Shown here one piece after another: positions 18,552 to 27,861 of a stretch of 64,000 nucleotides of DNA (positions are counted from its first letter, which is position 1; each line of letters starts with the position of its first letter). The notes beneath the pieces were generated by a model. That model saw only the letters and a program-made list of their open reading frames with translations, had not been told where the DNA came from and searched no databases. The translations under genes were made by a program, and so were the position numbers. Source of the stretch: Candidatus Poribacteria bacterium (GTDB lineage Bacteria > Poribacteria > WGA-4E > WGA-3G); assembly GCA_028820635.1 (NCBI GenBank), contig JAPPIG010000108.1, forward strand, positions 113,733 to 177,732, read 5' to 3'.

Positions 18552-19926
18552 TTATGCCTCCGTCAACAGAATCTGCTCAACCCTCTCCTTCGCCTGCTCC
18601 ACAATAAAATCCGCTTCTTGCTTAAGTTCTGCAACGCGTGCTAAACGGTTATCAACTTCTGCTACAATCCTATTTTGAACGTCAAGCGGCGGTAAAGGAA
18701 TCTCAAGTGACTGAAATTCTTTTGAATTGATATTAGGTTGTGCAGCGGTCCTTTGAATTAACTGTAGCCATAATTTGTAAACTTTTGTGAAACTATAATA
18801 CAACACAAATGAAGGATTTACTTTTTCGGGATCAAACTTGAATCGAATCATGTAGCCTGCAAAAATAGCCTTACCTAATTCGCTTTTATAGATAAACGCG
18901 CGTCCCACCGATCCACTTCTTGCAAAGAGAACATCATCATCTTCAAGTAGGTATTTAGATTGTATTGTTTCTGCAGTTTTCCAATCATCAAGAAGATTCC
19001 CGTAATCATCTATATCAGTAATCCGAATGTACCGAATGTCTGTTTCAGGGTTTCCATCAATTGCACGCTCGTTTGCGCCATACTGCGGTTTCTTAATCAG
19101 AAGTTTCCCCAATGGAGTCAGAGAATATAGAGTTTTAAGGTTTCTAATGTAGGAAATATTTCTCATGTATAAAGGGTCAACACGCCCTTCAATTTCTCCT
19201 GCATAAACAACAAAGTACTTCTTTTCTTCAACCTCTGGCATCTTAATTCCCAATTCTGTCAGCACATAACAATCAATTGAAGCCAAAGATCCTCTGCTTC
19301 TTGTTCTTTTTGCTTTTTCTGTGCATAAGCAGAACGCATAAAATTGCTGATATGGTTTTGGATGCTGGGCCGAGGGATTGGAATAAGAATCCGCATCAAT
19401 TGATCTGTTGTTATAGCGGGGTAATTTCCGCCACTACTTCGCTGAAGCATTTGATTTAAACAAAATTGACTTCGGAGAACAGAATAAAGATACGTACGAT
19501 TTAGTGTACGGTCTTTGATTTCTCTGAGGACCGCAAATCCTGTTGAAGCAATGCAGCCATCTAAATCATTATCAATCAGCGCAATAGAACCGTGATGAGG
19601 CCTCGTTAGACTGATAATAATGTCATCTTTGTGAACTATATGTTGGGCGCGACTCGGAGCCTCCTTAGTCAAAGTATCAGAATAAGATGCTTCTCCTGTC
19701 TCTCGACTTACGCTACTGATTTCAATGTATCTAAACTTATCTTCTTGGTGTTCCTCTGGATCCCATCTTTGGTGACACAGTTTAGCGATATTTCCTAATA
19801 TTTCATGATTGCTTCGGTGTAAGGCAGAAACTAACTTTTCAAAACGTGGGTGATAGAAGTGTGGATCAAGTCTGTCGCTTATCTCGCCCCGATAGGTGAG
19901 AAAAATCTGATTTTCTCTATCAGGGC
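18552..19926 (-). pseudogene. hsdS: Type I restriction-modification specificity subunit HsdS, frameshifted or split. ORFs 19259..19672 and 18552..19286 lie in different frames, and about 250 bp of the upstream TRD1 are not in frame.
   Basis: ORF1 ends in the central conserved region (IPIPRPSIQ…LWLQL). ORF2 carries TRD2 plus the C-terminal conserved helix (LPPLDVQNRIVAEVDNRL). The two overlap by 27 nt with a 1-nt frame offset, and ORF2 can only start at TTG. The N-terminal part of TRD1 is absent from ORF1. Confidence 0.6.
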
Positions 19927-22194
19927 TTACCCGAAAAAATCTGGGTTCTCAGTAAATTTTCGGTATTCCTTACAGATGGCGTTAAGGTCGTTAATCGGGT
20001 CTTTACGTCCTGTTGCGTCATAACCGATACGTTCAGCGATTGCCATAAAGATTGGATGATTGGCATTTTTCCGAACCCATTCTCGGATGTCCTCTGTGTT
20101 CTTATCAGTCCATTCCTCTTTAACAGCGTCAATCTTTTCCTTGTATGCTGCTTTTATTTTACTTTCCCACTCTGGATCGGCGGCATTTCTGAATGCTGCG
20201 CGGTATTCTTTCTCTAACGTGTTCAGATCGCTTGTTTGTGCCTTAAGTTCTGCACGTGCGGTTTGCGGGTCGAACAATTCAAATTCTGTGGTAGGCGTAG
20301 ACTCAATTTCTGGGAAGAAAAAAGCACTGAGGTCTTGGACCTTTTTGGTTGGTACTTTCTCAAGTTTCTGATTTAAGGCATCAATATTGTCCAAAATTGA
20401 GATGAATTGCTGTCTATAGTTTTCTGTTACGTCAACCTGTGCTGGAGAACCTTTTGCAATAATAGTTTGTCGTTCATTTTCAAGTTCCTCAATCTTGGGT
20501 GTATAGATTGTTTTATTTTTACTCTCGATTTGATCAATTGCATCTTGATAGCGTTCAAATTCCTGTTCCGAAAACTTTTGGAGGAATAGGATAGACGTTT
20601 TCACACCCGCACCATAATGTGAGAAAGCAATTTGTGGGAGCGAAACAACAGCGAGGATTTTAAAGTGGCGTTCAATGTAATCACGAACATATTGCAGTGA
20701 GGAGTTGGTCAAAATTCCATCTGGTAGGATAATCGCGAGTTTGCCTGTTTTCCACTTGAGAAAATCAAAACAACGTTCAAGAAACAGAATTTCTGTTTTT
20801 TGAGATGTGCCATTTTTACCAAGTTCATAATCTCTAAGATACGGAAGTTCTGACTGTTTGATAACTGCACCGAAAGGTGGATTAGTAAGGATTATATCAA
20901 ACTGATCCTTTTCAAATTCGCTATGCTGGTTGTAGAGGATATCAAAACCGACAAGCGCGTCATTACTGATAACGTTGCTATGCCCATCGTCATGGATAAT
21001 CATATTCATCTTAGCAACGCGGGCAATTGAGTCGTTAACTTCTATTCCGAAGAGACGTTTTTCAGCAAAGTCGTGCCAGTAGAGAAAATGATCACGACTT
21101 TCAGTTTCTTCATCGTAGAACTCGGATGCCTGTTTTCGGATGTAATCCATGGCGTGCAACAGAAAACCACCTGAACCGCAAGCGGGATCGAGGATTCGTT
21201 CTTCATGATCAGGTTTAACCATATCCACCATAAACTCAACCACATTGCGTGGTGTGAAAAACTGCCCGATTTCGCCTTTAAAAAAGTTTCCTAAAAACCG
21301 CTCAAATGCAACGCCTTTCACATCCAAATCGGTTTGGCTGAGACTAATTCCTTGCAAATGATTGACAACAGAAAACAAGAGATTATCATCGATTTCAATA
21401 TTCTCTGTAAATACCTCAGGGTCTAATGTTTTTGCCTCTTGATAGAGGCTGCTAATTCGGTTCGCAACGGATTCCGGTTTTTCATGTGTTTTAATTTGAA
21501 AATCGTAGGGTTTACCTTTTCGTCTCGACTTTTTCTCATCTCTAATTTTTATAAAAAGAATTTTGGCGAGTTCATCAAACGCTTGTGTAGGTGCAAATTT
21601 CCCACCTTGCCAAAGCGTATCGTGGCATTTCTCAAGGACACGGATGAGTTCGCCTCTTTCAATGACAGACAGTTCTGATTGTGGGACACCCTTTAGATAT
21701 CGCCACTCTTGAACTTTGCCATATCTGACTGGTGGATCGGCAATGATGTTTTGTGAACGTTCGCCCGGTTCATGGTTTTTGACATCAAAAGGTCTACGCG
21801 TATTTCCCGCAACGACAACGGCAAAATATCCACCCAAAGAGTTGCAGTTGCCAAAAACCTGTTCAATTGCCTGATTGAATTCTGCGTCAGAAATACCATC
21901 TTTTTTGCATTCAACCACAATAAAAGGGTCTTTCTTATCATCGTCTCGGAAAACGACAATATCGGCAAGATCAGAAGGGGTTCGACGTGGAACAGTTACC
22001 TCTAAATCAATTCGGTTTGGAGGGTATTGATAATGCTCAATTAACTCAACGTAAAATTTTGCGCGGACCTTTTCTTCAGGGTCAGTAAATCTATAATTTT
22101 TGTCGGGGGCTACGTAATGGATTCTTTTTCCATCATTAAGGAATTTGATGTATCCTTTTTGTTCTCCGATTTGGAGAAAGTCAGTTTGGTTCAT
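19927..22194 (-). CDS. hsdM: Type I R-M system DNA methyltransferase subunit HsdM (N6-adenine MTase), 755 aa with N- and C-terminal extensions
   Basis: Has the NPPFG catalytic motif (IILTNPPFGAV) and an AdoMet motif (LDPACGSGGFL). It is followed directly by hsdS. Confidence 0.85.
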   Translation of the reverse strand: MNQTDFLQIGEQKGYIKFLNDGKRIHYVAPDKNYRFTDPEEKVRAKFYVELIEHYQYPPNRIDLEVTVPRRTPSDLADIVVFRDDDKKDPFIVVECKKDGISDAEFNQAIEQVFGNCNSLGGYFAVVVAGNTRRPFDVKNHEPGERSQNIIADPPVRYGKVQEWRYLKGVPQSELSVIERGELIRVLEKCHDTLWQGGKFAPTQAFDELAKILFIKIRDEKKSRRKGKPYDFQIKTHEKPESVANRISSLYQEAKTLDPEVFTENIEIDDNLLFSVVNHLQGISLSQTDLDVKGVAFERFLGNFFKGEIGQFFTPRNVVEFMVDMVKPDHEERILDPACGSGGFLLHAMDYIRKQASEFYDEETESRDHFLYWHDFAEKRLFGIEVNDSIARVAKMNMIIHDDGHSNVISNDALVGFDILYNQHSEFEKDQFDIILTNPPFGAVIKQSELPYLRDYELGKNGTSQKTEILFLERCFDFLKWKTGKLAIILPDGILTNSSLQYVRDYIERHFKILAVVSLPQIAFSHYGAGVKTSILFLQKFSEQEFERYQDAIDQIESKNKTIYTPKIEELENERQTIIAKGSPAQVDVTENYRQQFISILDNIDALNQKLEKVPTKKVQDLSAFFFPEIESTPTTEFELFDPQTARAELKAQTSDLNTLEKEYRAAFRNAADPEWESKIKAAYKEKIDAVKEEWTDKNTEDIREWVRKNANHPIFMAIAERIGYDATGRKDPINDLNAICKEYRKFTENPDFFG

Positions 22195-22297
22195 TTCACT
22201 TGTACCTATCTATTGCTTAACAAAATTATCACGATTATAGAGGTTCTGAAAATGTTTGTCAAGTCCGAAATTACCGAGTTGTTATCAACTCGCTGCC

Positions 22298-23965
22298 TCA
22301 CGAAACTAAAGAACCTGAAGGCATCTCCTGCATCACAGGAATAACATAACTCCGAATCGTTAAACCCTCTATCGTTTCCGTTTCTACCTGCGGCTCTGGA
22401 TTCTCGCGATGATCAAAGACAATGTAATATCCCTCCGTTACGCCCTCAGTATTGAGATATACTGAAAGTTGCTTTTTGCCTGCCTGATAACGATTATCAC
22501 CTCTCCAAATTTTTGTTTCTACGATATATTTTCGCTGATTGTGAGTGATAATGATGTCCATTCTACCTCTGCCGGTCTGCACCTCAATATGCATAAAACC
22601 GCCAATGAGTTTAACAAATTGATCGAGATATGCAAGCAAAAGATGTCTGCCAACAGATTCTTGTGGCGTATCGGGGACTTGTAAAATCCTGAACCCTACA
22701 CGTGCGATAAAATCACGGAAGTTATCAAGTAATGACTCCATATCAATATGTCCGGCGGGTGTGAGATAATCAAGAAAACCTTCGCTATTACCTTCGGATA
22801 AGTAATCTTCTTCCAATCCATTCACAACTGCCTTGAATGCTTGTAAAATGCAATACAGATAAATTGGATTAATTATTTCACACATACCGTCATTACTTCT
22901 GGCAATGACACCATAAGTGGCAAGTTCACTGATAACGTCACTACGTAGATTAAAATCAACACCGTCCTCCCGTGCCATAATTCGCATCAGAACACTTTCA
23001 AAGCGTGGGTCTCTGCGGATATTGGTTGTTAGATGTGTAAGGTTAACGTTATCTTCCTCAAGGAGTTGTGCATGTGCTTTTGAGAAGTGTGCAAGCGTAA
23101 TCGGTTCAGTTTTCGGGATATCCAGTTCTTCGGTGAGAATCTGTGCAAATCGGTTGACAAGCACGGGTTGCCCAGCGGTTTGTTTATGAATGGATGTTAT
23201 AACTTCTGATGCGAAGGGTTGCCCGACTTCATCTGTATATTGCCCAAGCAGTTCCTGAACTTGTTCAAGCGTAAAGTTGGGTAGGTGGAACTCATCTTGG
23301 ATATTGAATGGAGAAATTGAGCGGTCATAGTTGAGCTGCGCAATACTCTTAACCCCGACGATACCGACACTATGTGGACATCGCGGCTTGCCCGCAATAT
23401 AGATATGACGAAGTGTATGCAGAAAATCGCTTACTGCGACTTGAGGAATGCCATCAAATTCGTCAATGACAAGAACAAACTGCTGCCCAGCATACTCAGA
23501 GTCTAAAAAACTCGAGAGCCGTTTAAAAAACGATAACATTGAAAGGTGGTTTGTTAATGTCGTGTTCTCCAAAAATTGATGTAAATTCGCAGAAGGGACA
23601 ATACCACGTTTTTGAAAGACTGCTTCTATTTCTTCACGAATCTGTTCGGACAAATGTGCATAAAATGCCGACAAGTCAAGGTTTTTATAGATGTCAAAAT
23701 TTAGTTGAATAGGGAGGCAGTTAAATTTTGGATCAGATTTGACTTGCGTAGCAGAAGCGTTTGGCATAGTGCCGACAGTGAGAGTTTCTAATGCAGCTTG
23801 GAAGAAGGTCGTTTTGCCTGTTTGACGTGGTGCGAAAAGGACAACATATTTGCCTTGTTCGACACGTTTAATGTAGTCGACAATTTCTTCGGTTCGCGAA
23901 ACGACATAATGCTCTTGAGGGTTTACGGGACCTTGTGTGCCAAAACGTCTCATTTTTTTCTCCAT
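22298..23965 (-). CDS. AAA-ATPase-like protein with a C-terminal PD-(D/E)xK nuclease-like domain
   Basis: Walker A motif (APRQTGKTTF) and Walker B motif (FVLVIDEFD). A C-terminal D…E-x-K arrangement (MDIIITH … YIVETK) suggests a PD-(D/E)xK domain. Length is 555 aa. Confidence 0.65.
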   Translation of the reverse strand: MEKKMRRFGTQGPVNPQEHYVVSRTEEIVDYIKRVEQGKYVVLFAPRQTGKTTFFQAALETLTVGTMPNASATQVKSDPKFNCLPIQLNFDIYKNLDLSAFYAHLSEQIREEIEAVFQKRGIVPSANLHQFLENTTLTNHLSMLSFFKRLSSFLDSEYAGQQFVLVIDEFDGIPQVAVSDFLHTLRHIYIAGKPRCPHSVGIVGVKSIAQLNYDRSISPFNIQDEFHLPNFTLEQVQELLGQYTDEVGQPFASEVITSIHKQTAGQPVLVNRFAQILTEELDIPKTEPITLAHFSKAHAQLLEEDNVNLTHLTTNIRRDPRFESVLMRIMAREDGVDFNLRSDVISELATYGVIARSNDGMCEIINPIYLYCILQAFKAVVNGLEEDYLSEGNSEGFLDYLTPAGHIDMESLLDNFRDFIARVGFRILQVPDTPQESVGRHLLLAYLDQFVKLIGGFMHIEVQTGRGRMDIIITHNQRKYIVETKIWRGDNRYQAGKKQLSVYLNTEGVTEGYYIVFDHRENPEPQVETETIEGLTIRSYVIPVMQEMPSGSLVS

Positions 23966-24051
23966 TCCACAAACAACGCATTAATGAATTATTTTATCAG
24001 TTTTGCTTGATGAAATCAAGGGTCGTGTTTTGGCACGGTTTCAAACCGCGT

Positions 24052-24975
24052 CTACAAAGGAATATGGATATTCCCCAAGATATATCCAACAACGTTCGGT
24101 GTTGATTCCCGATCCAGCCATTCAATTCGCTTATCCTTACGAAACCATGTCAGCTGCCGTTTTGCAAATCGTCGTGTGTTCTGCTTTAATTGCTCAATCG
24201 CTTTCAGATATGTACATTTGCCATCAAGATAAGCAATCAACTCTTTATAGCCGAAACTTTGAAGTGCAAAAGTATCACGGGAATATCCCGCCGCTAACAA
24301 CGATTCAACCTCTGCGATCAATCCATTTGCAAGCATTATATCTACGCGTTGTTCAATACGGTGGTAAAGTTGTGCACGTTGCATCGTCAACCCAAAGGCG
24401 ATAAATGGATACCGTGGATTTTCAGGATTCCACTGCTGCTGGTGTTCGGACATGGGAATGCCTGTTAATTCATAGACTTCAAGGGCGCGTATAACGCGAG
24501 TTAAGTTGTTGGGGTGGATACGTTCAGCAGACTCTGAATCACAAGCGCGGAGACGATTGTGAAGGACATCCGCACCTTGCTGTGCTGCCTCTTGTTCCAG
24601 TTTTTTTCTGAGCGAAACATCTGCCCCCGGTCCTTCAAACAAGCCATCAACAATGGAGCGAAAGTAGAGACCCGCACCGCCAACAAGTAAAACTTGTTTA
24701 CCTCTATTTTGTATATCTTTGATCGCTATGTCAGCAAGGGATTGATAGTCGGCAACGGAGAAGGGTTGGGAAATATCTACGCAATCTATGAGATGATGAC
24801 GTGCTGCTTGCTGTTCTTCGGGGGTAGGCTTAGCAGTGCCAATGTCCATCTGCCGATAGATTTGGCGGGAATCAACGGAGACAATTTCAGCATCAAGGTG
24901 TTGTGCAAGTTGAATCGCTACCTCCGTTTTACCGACTGCTGTAGGCCCGAGCAGGCAGAGGAGTTTAGATTTCAT
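24052..24975 (-). CDS. miaA: tRNA dimethylallyltransferase MiaA
   Basis: P-loop LLGPTAVGKTE, plus conserved IVSVDSRQIYR and DIGTAKP blocks. Length is 307 aa. Confidence 0.9.
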   Translation of the reverse strand: MKSKLLCLLGPTAVGKTEVAIQLAQHLDAEIVSVDSRQIYRQMDIGTAKPTPEEQQAARHHLIDCVDISQPFSVADYQSLADIAIKDIQNRGKQVLLVGGAGLYFRSIVDGLFEGPGADVSLRKKLEQEAAQQGADVLHNRLRACDSESAERIHPNNLTRVIRALEVYELTGIPMSEHQQQWNPENPRYPFIAFGLTMQRAQLYHRIEQRVDIMLANGLIAEVESLLAAGYSRDTFALQSFGYKELIAYLDGKCTYLKAIEQLKQNTRRFAKRQLTWFRKDKRIEWLDRESTPNVVGYILGNIHIPL

Positions 24976-24985
24976 CTATCAAATT

Positions 24986-25537
24986 CTATTGCGAAGAAAT
25001 GGAATCAGTCAACTTTGGGAACCACCGTGAAAAGAAATCGATCGCCTCAGCATCCTGGCGATGGGGGGCAAGCTGATATCTACCTATGCAGGATTCTGAA
25101 TAAGATATGGCATAGATACCAATAACATTTACGCCAATCGCGACAACACCAACGGCATTACAACCGATTGCGATCACTCCAACTGCGTTTGTACCGATAG
25201 CAACAATCCCTAAAGCGTTGACACCGAATGCAAACCCGCCGACCACATTAATCCCCATAGCGATTATGCCAACGGAAAAAATGCCTAATGTGAAAATGCC
25301 GAGGGTACGAATGCCTAATGTAATAACACTATAATGAATGTTCTTTCCTTCAAGTGTAGCCCCCATATCCATAAACCAAGAAATGAGTAGTTGTGAAAAC
25401 TCCCAGTTAGTTATAGATATGCAAACAGTAATGAAAGTAATGAATGTTATTATTATTGCATAAACGATACTCAATCTAATCAAATATGGTTTCAACAAAT
25501 TTTTAAAGTTTGTTATATCTTGCGGGGTATCTTTCAT
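24986..25537 (-). CDS. Membrane protein with tandem 8-residue repeats (consensus roughly AIGxNAxG, about 8-9 copies)
   Basis: 183 aa with an N-terminal TM segment. The C-terminal half reads GINVVGGFAFGVNALGIVAIGTNAVGVIAIGCNAVGVVAIGVNVIGIYAI. The underlying DNA shows a 24-bp periodicity. Confidence 0.5.
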   Translation of the reverse strand: MKDTPQDITNFKNLLKPYLIRLSIVYAIIITFITFITVCISITNWEFSQLLISWFMDMGATLEGKNIHYSVITLGIRTLGIFTLGIFSVGIIAMGINVVGGFAFGVNALGIVAIGTNAVGVIAIGCNAVGVVAIGVNVIGIYAISYSESCIGRYQLAPHRQDAEAIDFFSRWFPKLTDSISSQ

Positions 25538-25550
25538 CTAAGTTGTTTCC

Positions 25551-26648
25551 TTATTTTAGCTGGGTGTTGCCAGAATTAACAATCCATCCACCACCAAGAA
25601 CATATTCACCGTCATAAAAGACGGTAGCTTGACCTGGGGTAATTGCACGACGAGGTTCATCAAACTTAACAACTGCTTCTGTATCACTAAAGGGAGTAAT
25701 TGTCGCTGGACCACCTTCATCGCGAGAACGGATTTTGACGTGCGCGCGTATCGGTTCCGTCAACTTTTCAATAGCAATAAGATTGATACGTTCAACATGC
25801 ATAGTATCTTCAAGGAGATCGTCCGGTTCGCCGACAACGACAGTATTATCTTTCGCGTTGATCTGCGTTACATAGAGTGGTTTGCCAACTGCGATGCCAA
25901 GACCGCGCCGTTGCCCGACGGTGTAAAATGGTACGCCTTGATGCTTGCCGAGAACTTTGCCTTCCTTGTCAATAATATCACCGCTTTCAATCTTTTCAGG
26001 AATTCTGTCTTGAAGAAAACGTCTATAATTGGTATCTGCCACGAAGCAAAGTTCTTGGCTTTCAATCTTTTCGGCAGTTCGCAACTGATACTTTCGGGCA
26101 AGGTCGCGCACCTCAGTTTTCGTGTATTCACCGAGGGGCATCAGGGCACATCGCAATTGTTCCTGTGTTAACGCAGCGAGGAAATAGGATTGATCTTTGC
26201 TGACATCAAGTGCTTTTCTTAACAGATAACGTCCTGTTTCAGGATGCTGCTCAATTCGGGCATAGTGTCCAGTTGCAATTGCTTCACATTCCAATGTTTT
26301 TGCGAGGTCAAGCAGCTTTCCAAATTTGAGTTCTCGATTACATACCATGCATGGACTGGGTGTGCGACCAACCAGATATTCTTCCACAAAGTAGTCAATA
26401 ATCTGTTCTTGGAAAATATCCTCATAGTTCACACCGTAGAAAGGGATGCTAAGTTGTGTAGCAACACGCCTTGCATCCTCTATGCCTTCAAGTGAGCAGC
26501 AGTTGGGACGTTCCGGTTCAACCTCTATTGTATCGGGTGCACCAAGACGCATCGTGATGCCAGTGACATCATAACCTGCATCAACCATCATGGCAGCGGT
26601 AACGGAACTATCTACACCACCGCTCATTGCGACGAGAATCTTTTTCAT
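25551..26648 (-). CDS. mnmA: tRNA-specific 2-thiouridylase MnmA
   Basis: PP-loop motif MSGGVDSSV, and a conserved Cys in the CMVCN block. Length is 365 aa. Confidence 0.9.
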   Translation of the reverse strand: MKKILVAMSGGVDSSVTAAMMVDAGYDVTGITMRLGAPDTIEVEPERPNCCSLEGIEDARRVATQLSIPFYGVNYEDIFQEQIIDYFVEEYLVGRTPSPCMVCNRELKFGKLLDLAKTLECEAIATGHYARIEQHPETGRYLLRKALDVSKDQSYFLAALTQEQLRCALMPLGEYTKTEVRDLARKYQLRTAEKIESQELCFVADTNYRRFLQDRIPEKIESGDIIDKEGKVLGKHQGVPFYTVGQRRGLGIAVGKPLYVTQINAKDNTVVVGEPDDLLEDTMHVERINLIAIEKLTEPIRAHVKIRSRDEGGPATITPFSDTEAVVKFDEPRRAITPGQATVFYDGEYVLGGGWIVNSGNTQLK

Positions 26649-26967
26649 GGGACTACCCAGTTAGGTTAGAAATTTGGTGTAAAATACAGTACGCTTAAGC
26701 CAGCGGTGTATCTATCGATTTGCTTATAATTATACCACATAATAGCGGATTTGTCAGGAAAAATTCTTGGACTATTAGAAAGGAATCGGACCATTATAGG
26801 GTTAATCCGGCACAGCAAGCGGTTAGCGGAAAGGAAAAAGAGAGTCGTTTTCAGAATATCATTAGTTAGGCAATACCTTCCAATAAAAAGCCAGCCGAGA
26901 TGGCTGGCTTTGCTCTTTAGACTCTTTAGTGTGCTGGTACTGAAGAAGTAGCTGAAAGTCATTTTCT

Positions 26968-27621
26968 TTAGCGATTGCTCTTTAATTTACCCCATGTCGT
27001 CGTGAGTTTGTCCGTTGCCTCCACAGCAGCCCCTTCGACACCACGCGTTAGGAACACCCAGTACATCGGAGCCAAGTTTGCAGGTGCATCGTTATTACCA
27101 CCGAGAGATATGTCACCTGCGGAAAACTCCTTGTTCAGAAGGACGAAAATATCTGTATCCTCCTCATTGGTTTGGACCAAATAATCAGGCTGCTCTTTCC
27201 ATCCATTACCGTCTGAGGCCCATTTTGGCGGATTTCCCCATCTTTTGTCAGTAGCCAGCCAAACGACTATAGGGACTTTAACTCTAAATGTGATGAAATC
27301 AGCACCTTTAGAACGTTCATCCTCCATTGCTGTCATGATAAACGTTGCGCCTTCGAACTCTTCTGACATATCCTTAACAAAATAATCCCTGTCAATGAGA
27401 TAGACACTACCTAATTCAAGGCCCTCCTCGCCCACAACGTACTTGCCGACAACACTTCTCGATTTGAGATCAATGACTTCTATATCCTCGACAATTATAT
27501 CTTGTGCCAGAACTTCAGGAAAATAAAAAGATGCCAAGATAAAACAAGGCAAAATTAAACACGCAAATCTTTTGATATACATCATACACTTCCCCTTTTT
27601 TCTGTTCATATAGTAAAACAT
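26968..27621 (-). CDS. Secreted protein of unknown function (217 aa, signal peptide)
   Basis: N-terminal hydrophobic segment followed by AQD. No recognisable family. It lies inside a segment bounded by the mnmA 5'-end duplication. Confidence 0.5.
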   Translation of the reverse strand: MFYYMNRKKGKCMMYIKRFACLILPCFILASFYFPEVLAQDIIVEDIEVIDLKSRSVVGKYVVGEEGLELGSVYLIDRDYFVKDMSEEFEGATFIMTAMEDERSKGADFITFRVKVPIVVWLATDKRWGNPPKWASDGNGWKEQPDYLVQTNEEDTDIFVLLNKEFSAGDISLGGNNDAPANLAPMYWVFLTRGVEGAAVEATDKLTTTWGKLKSNR

Positions 27622-27653
27622 ATAATTACTTGAACACTATTGGTGGCGCGCTT

Positions 27654-27708
27654 ACAAAGCGTGCCTACCTGTGAATGTCCAAGGCGCAATGAATTGCGCG
27701 ACTACAAA
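27654..27708. repeat. Adjacent REP-A hairpin (ggcgcgcttacaaagcgtgcc) and REP-B hairpin (gcgcaatgaattgcgcgactacaa)
   Basis: REP-B copies are also at 36172..36198 and 41413..41438. REP-A copies are also at 13706..13730 and three times in 32271..32398. Confidence 0.6.
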
Positions 27709-27775
27709 CGCCGCTAACCTAAATAAAATGTAAAGATATATTTAGATTTCACTATATACCGCTGCAAGCAATGCC

Positions 27776-27830
27776 AGAACTATCTACGCCACCGCTCATT
27801 GCGACGAGAACTTTCTTCATGGGATTACCC
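27776..27830. repeat. Roughly 55-bp duplicated copy of the mnmA 5' end (start codon plus first about 15 codons), forming an imperfect direct repeat with 26604..26659
   Basis: Alignment of ggaactatctacaccaccgctcattgcgacgagaatctttttcatgggactaccc against agaactatctacgccaccgctcattgcgacgagaactttcttcatgggattaccc gives about 50 of 55 identities. The second copy encodes only MKKVLVAMSGGVDSSGIACSGI and then a stop. Confidence 0.75.
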
Positions 27831-27861
27831 GGGAGTTATGACACACGGTCTGTGCCTACTA

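Noticed and set aside
22298-23965. The AAA-ATPase/PD-(D/E)xK protein as a substitute HsdR
   Set aside because: This architecture is widespread as a stand-alone gene unrelated to R-M systems, and it lacks SF2 helicase motifs. I keep it only as a neighbour in the defence-island finding.
26666-26962. 98-aa ORF on the minus strand
   Set aside because: It has no RBS or motif support and lies within the putative inserted segment. It could be real but cannot be supported.
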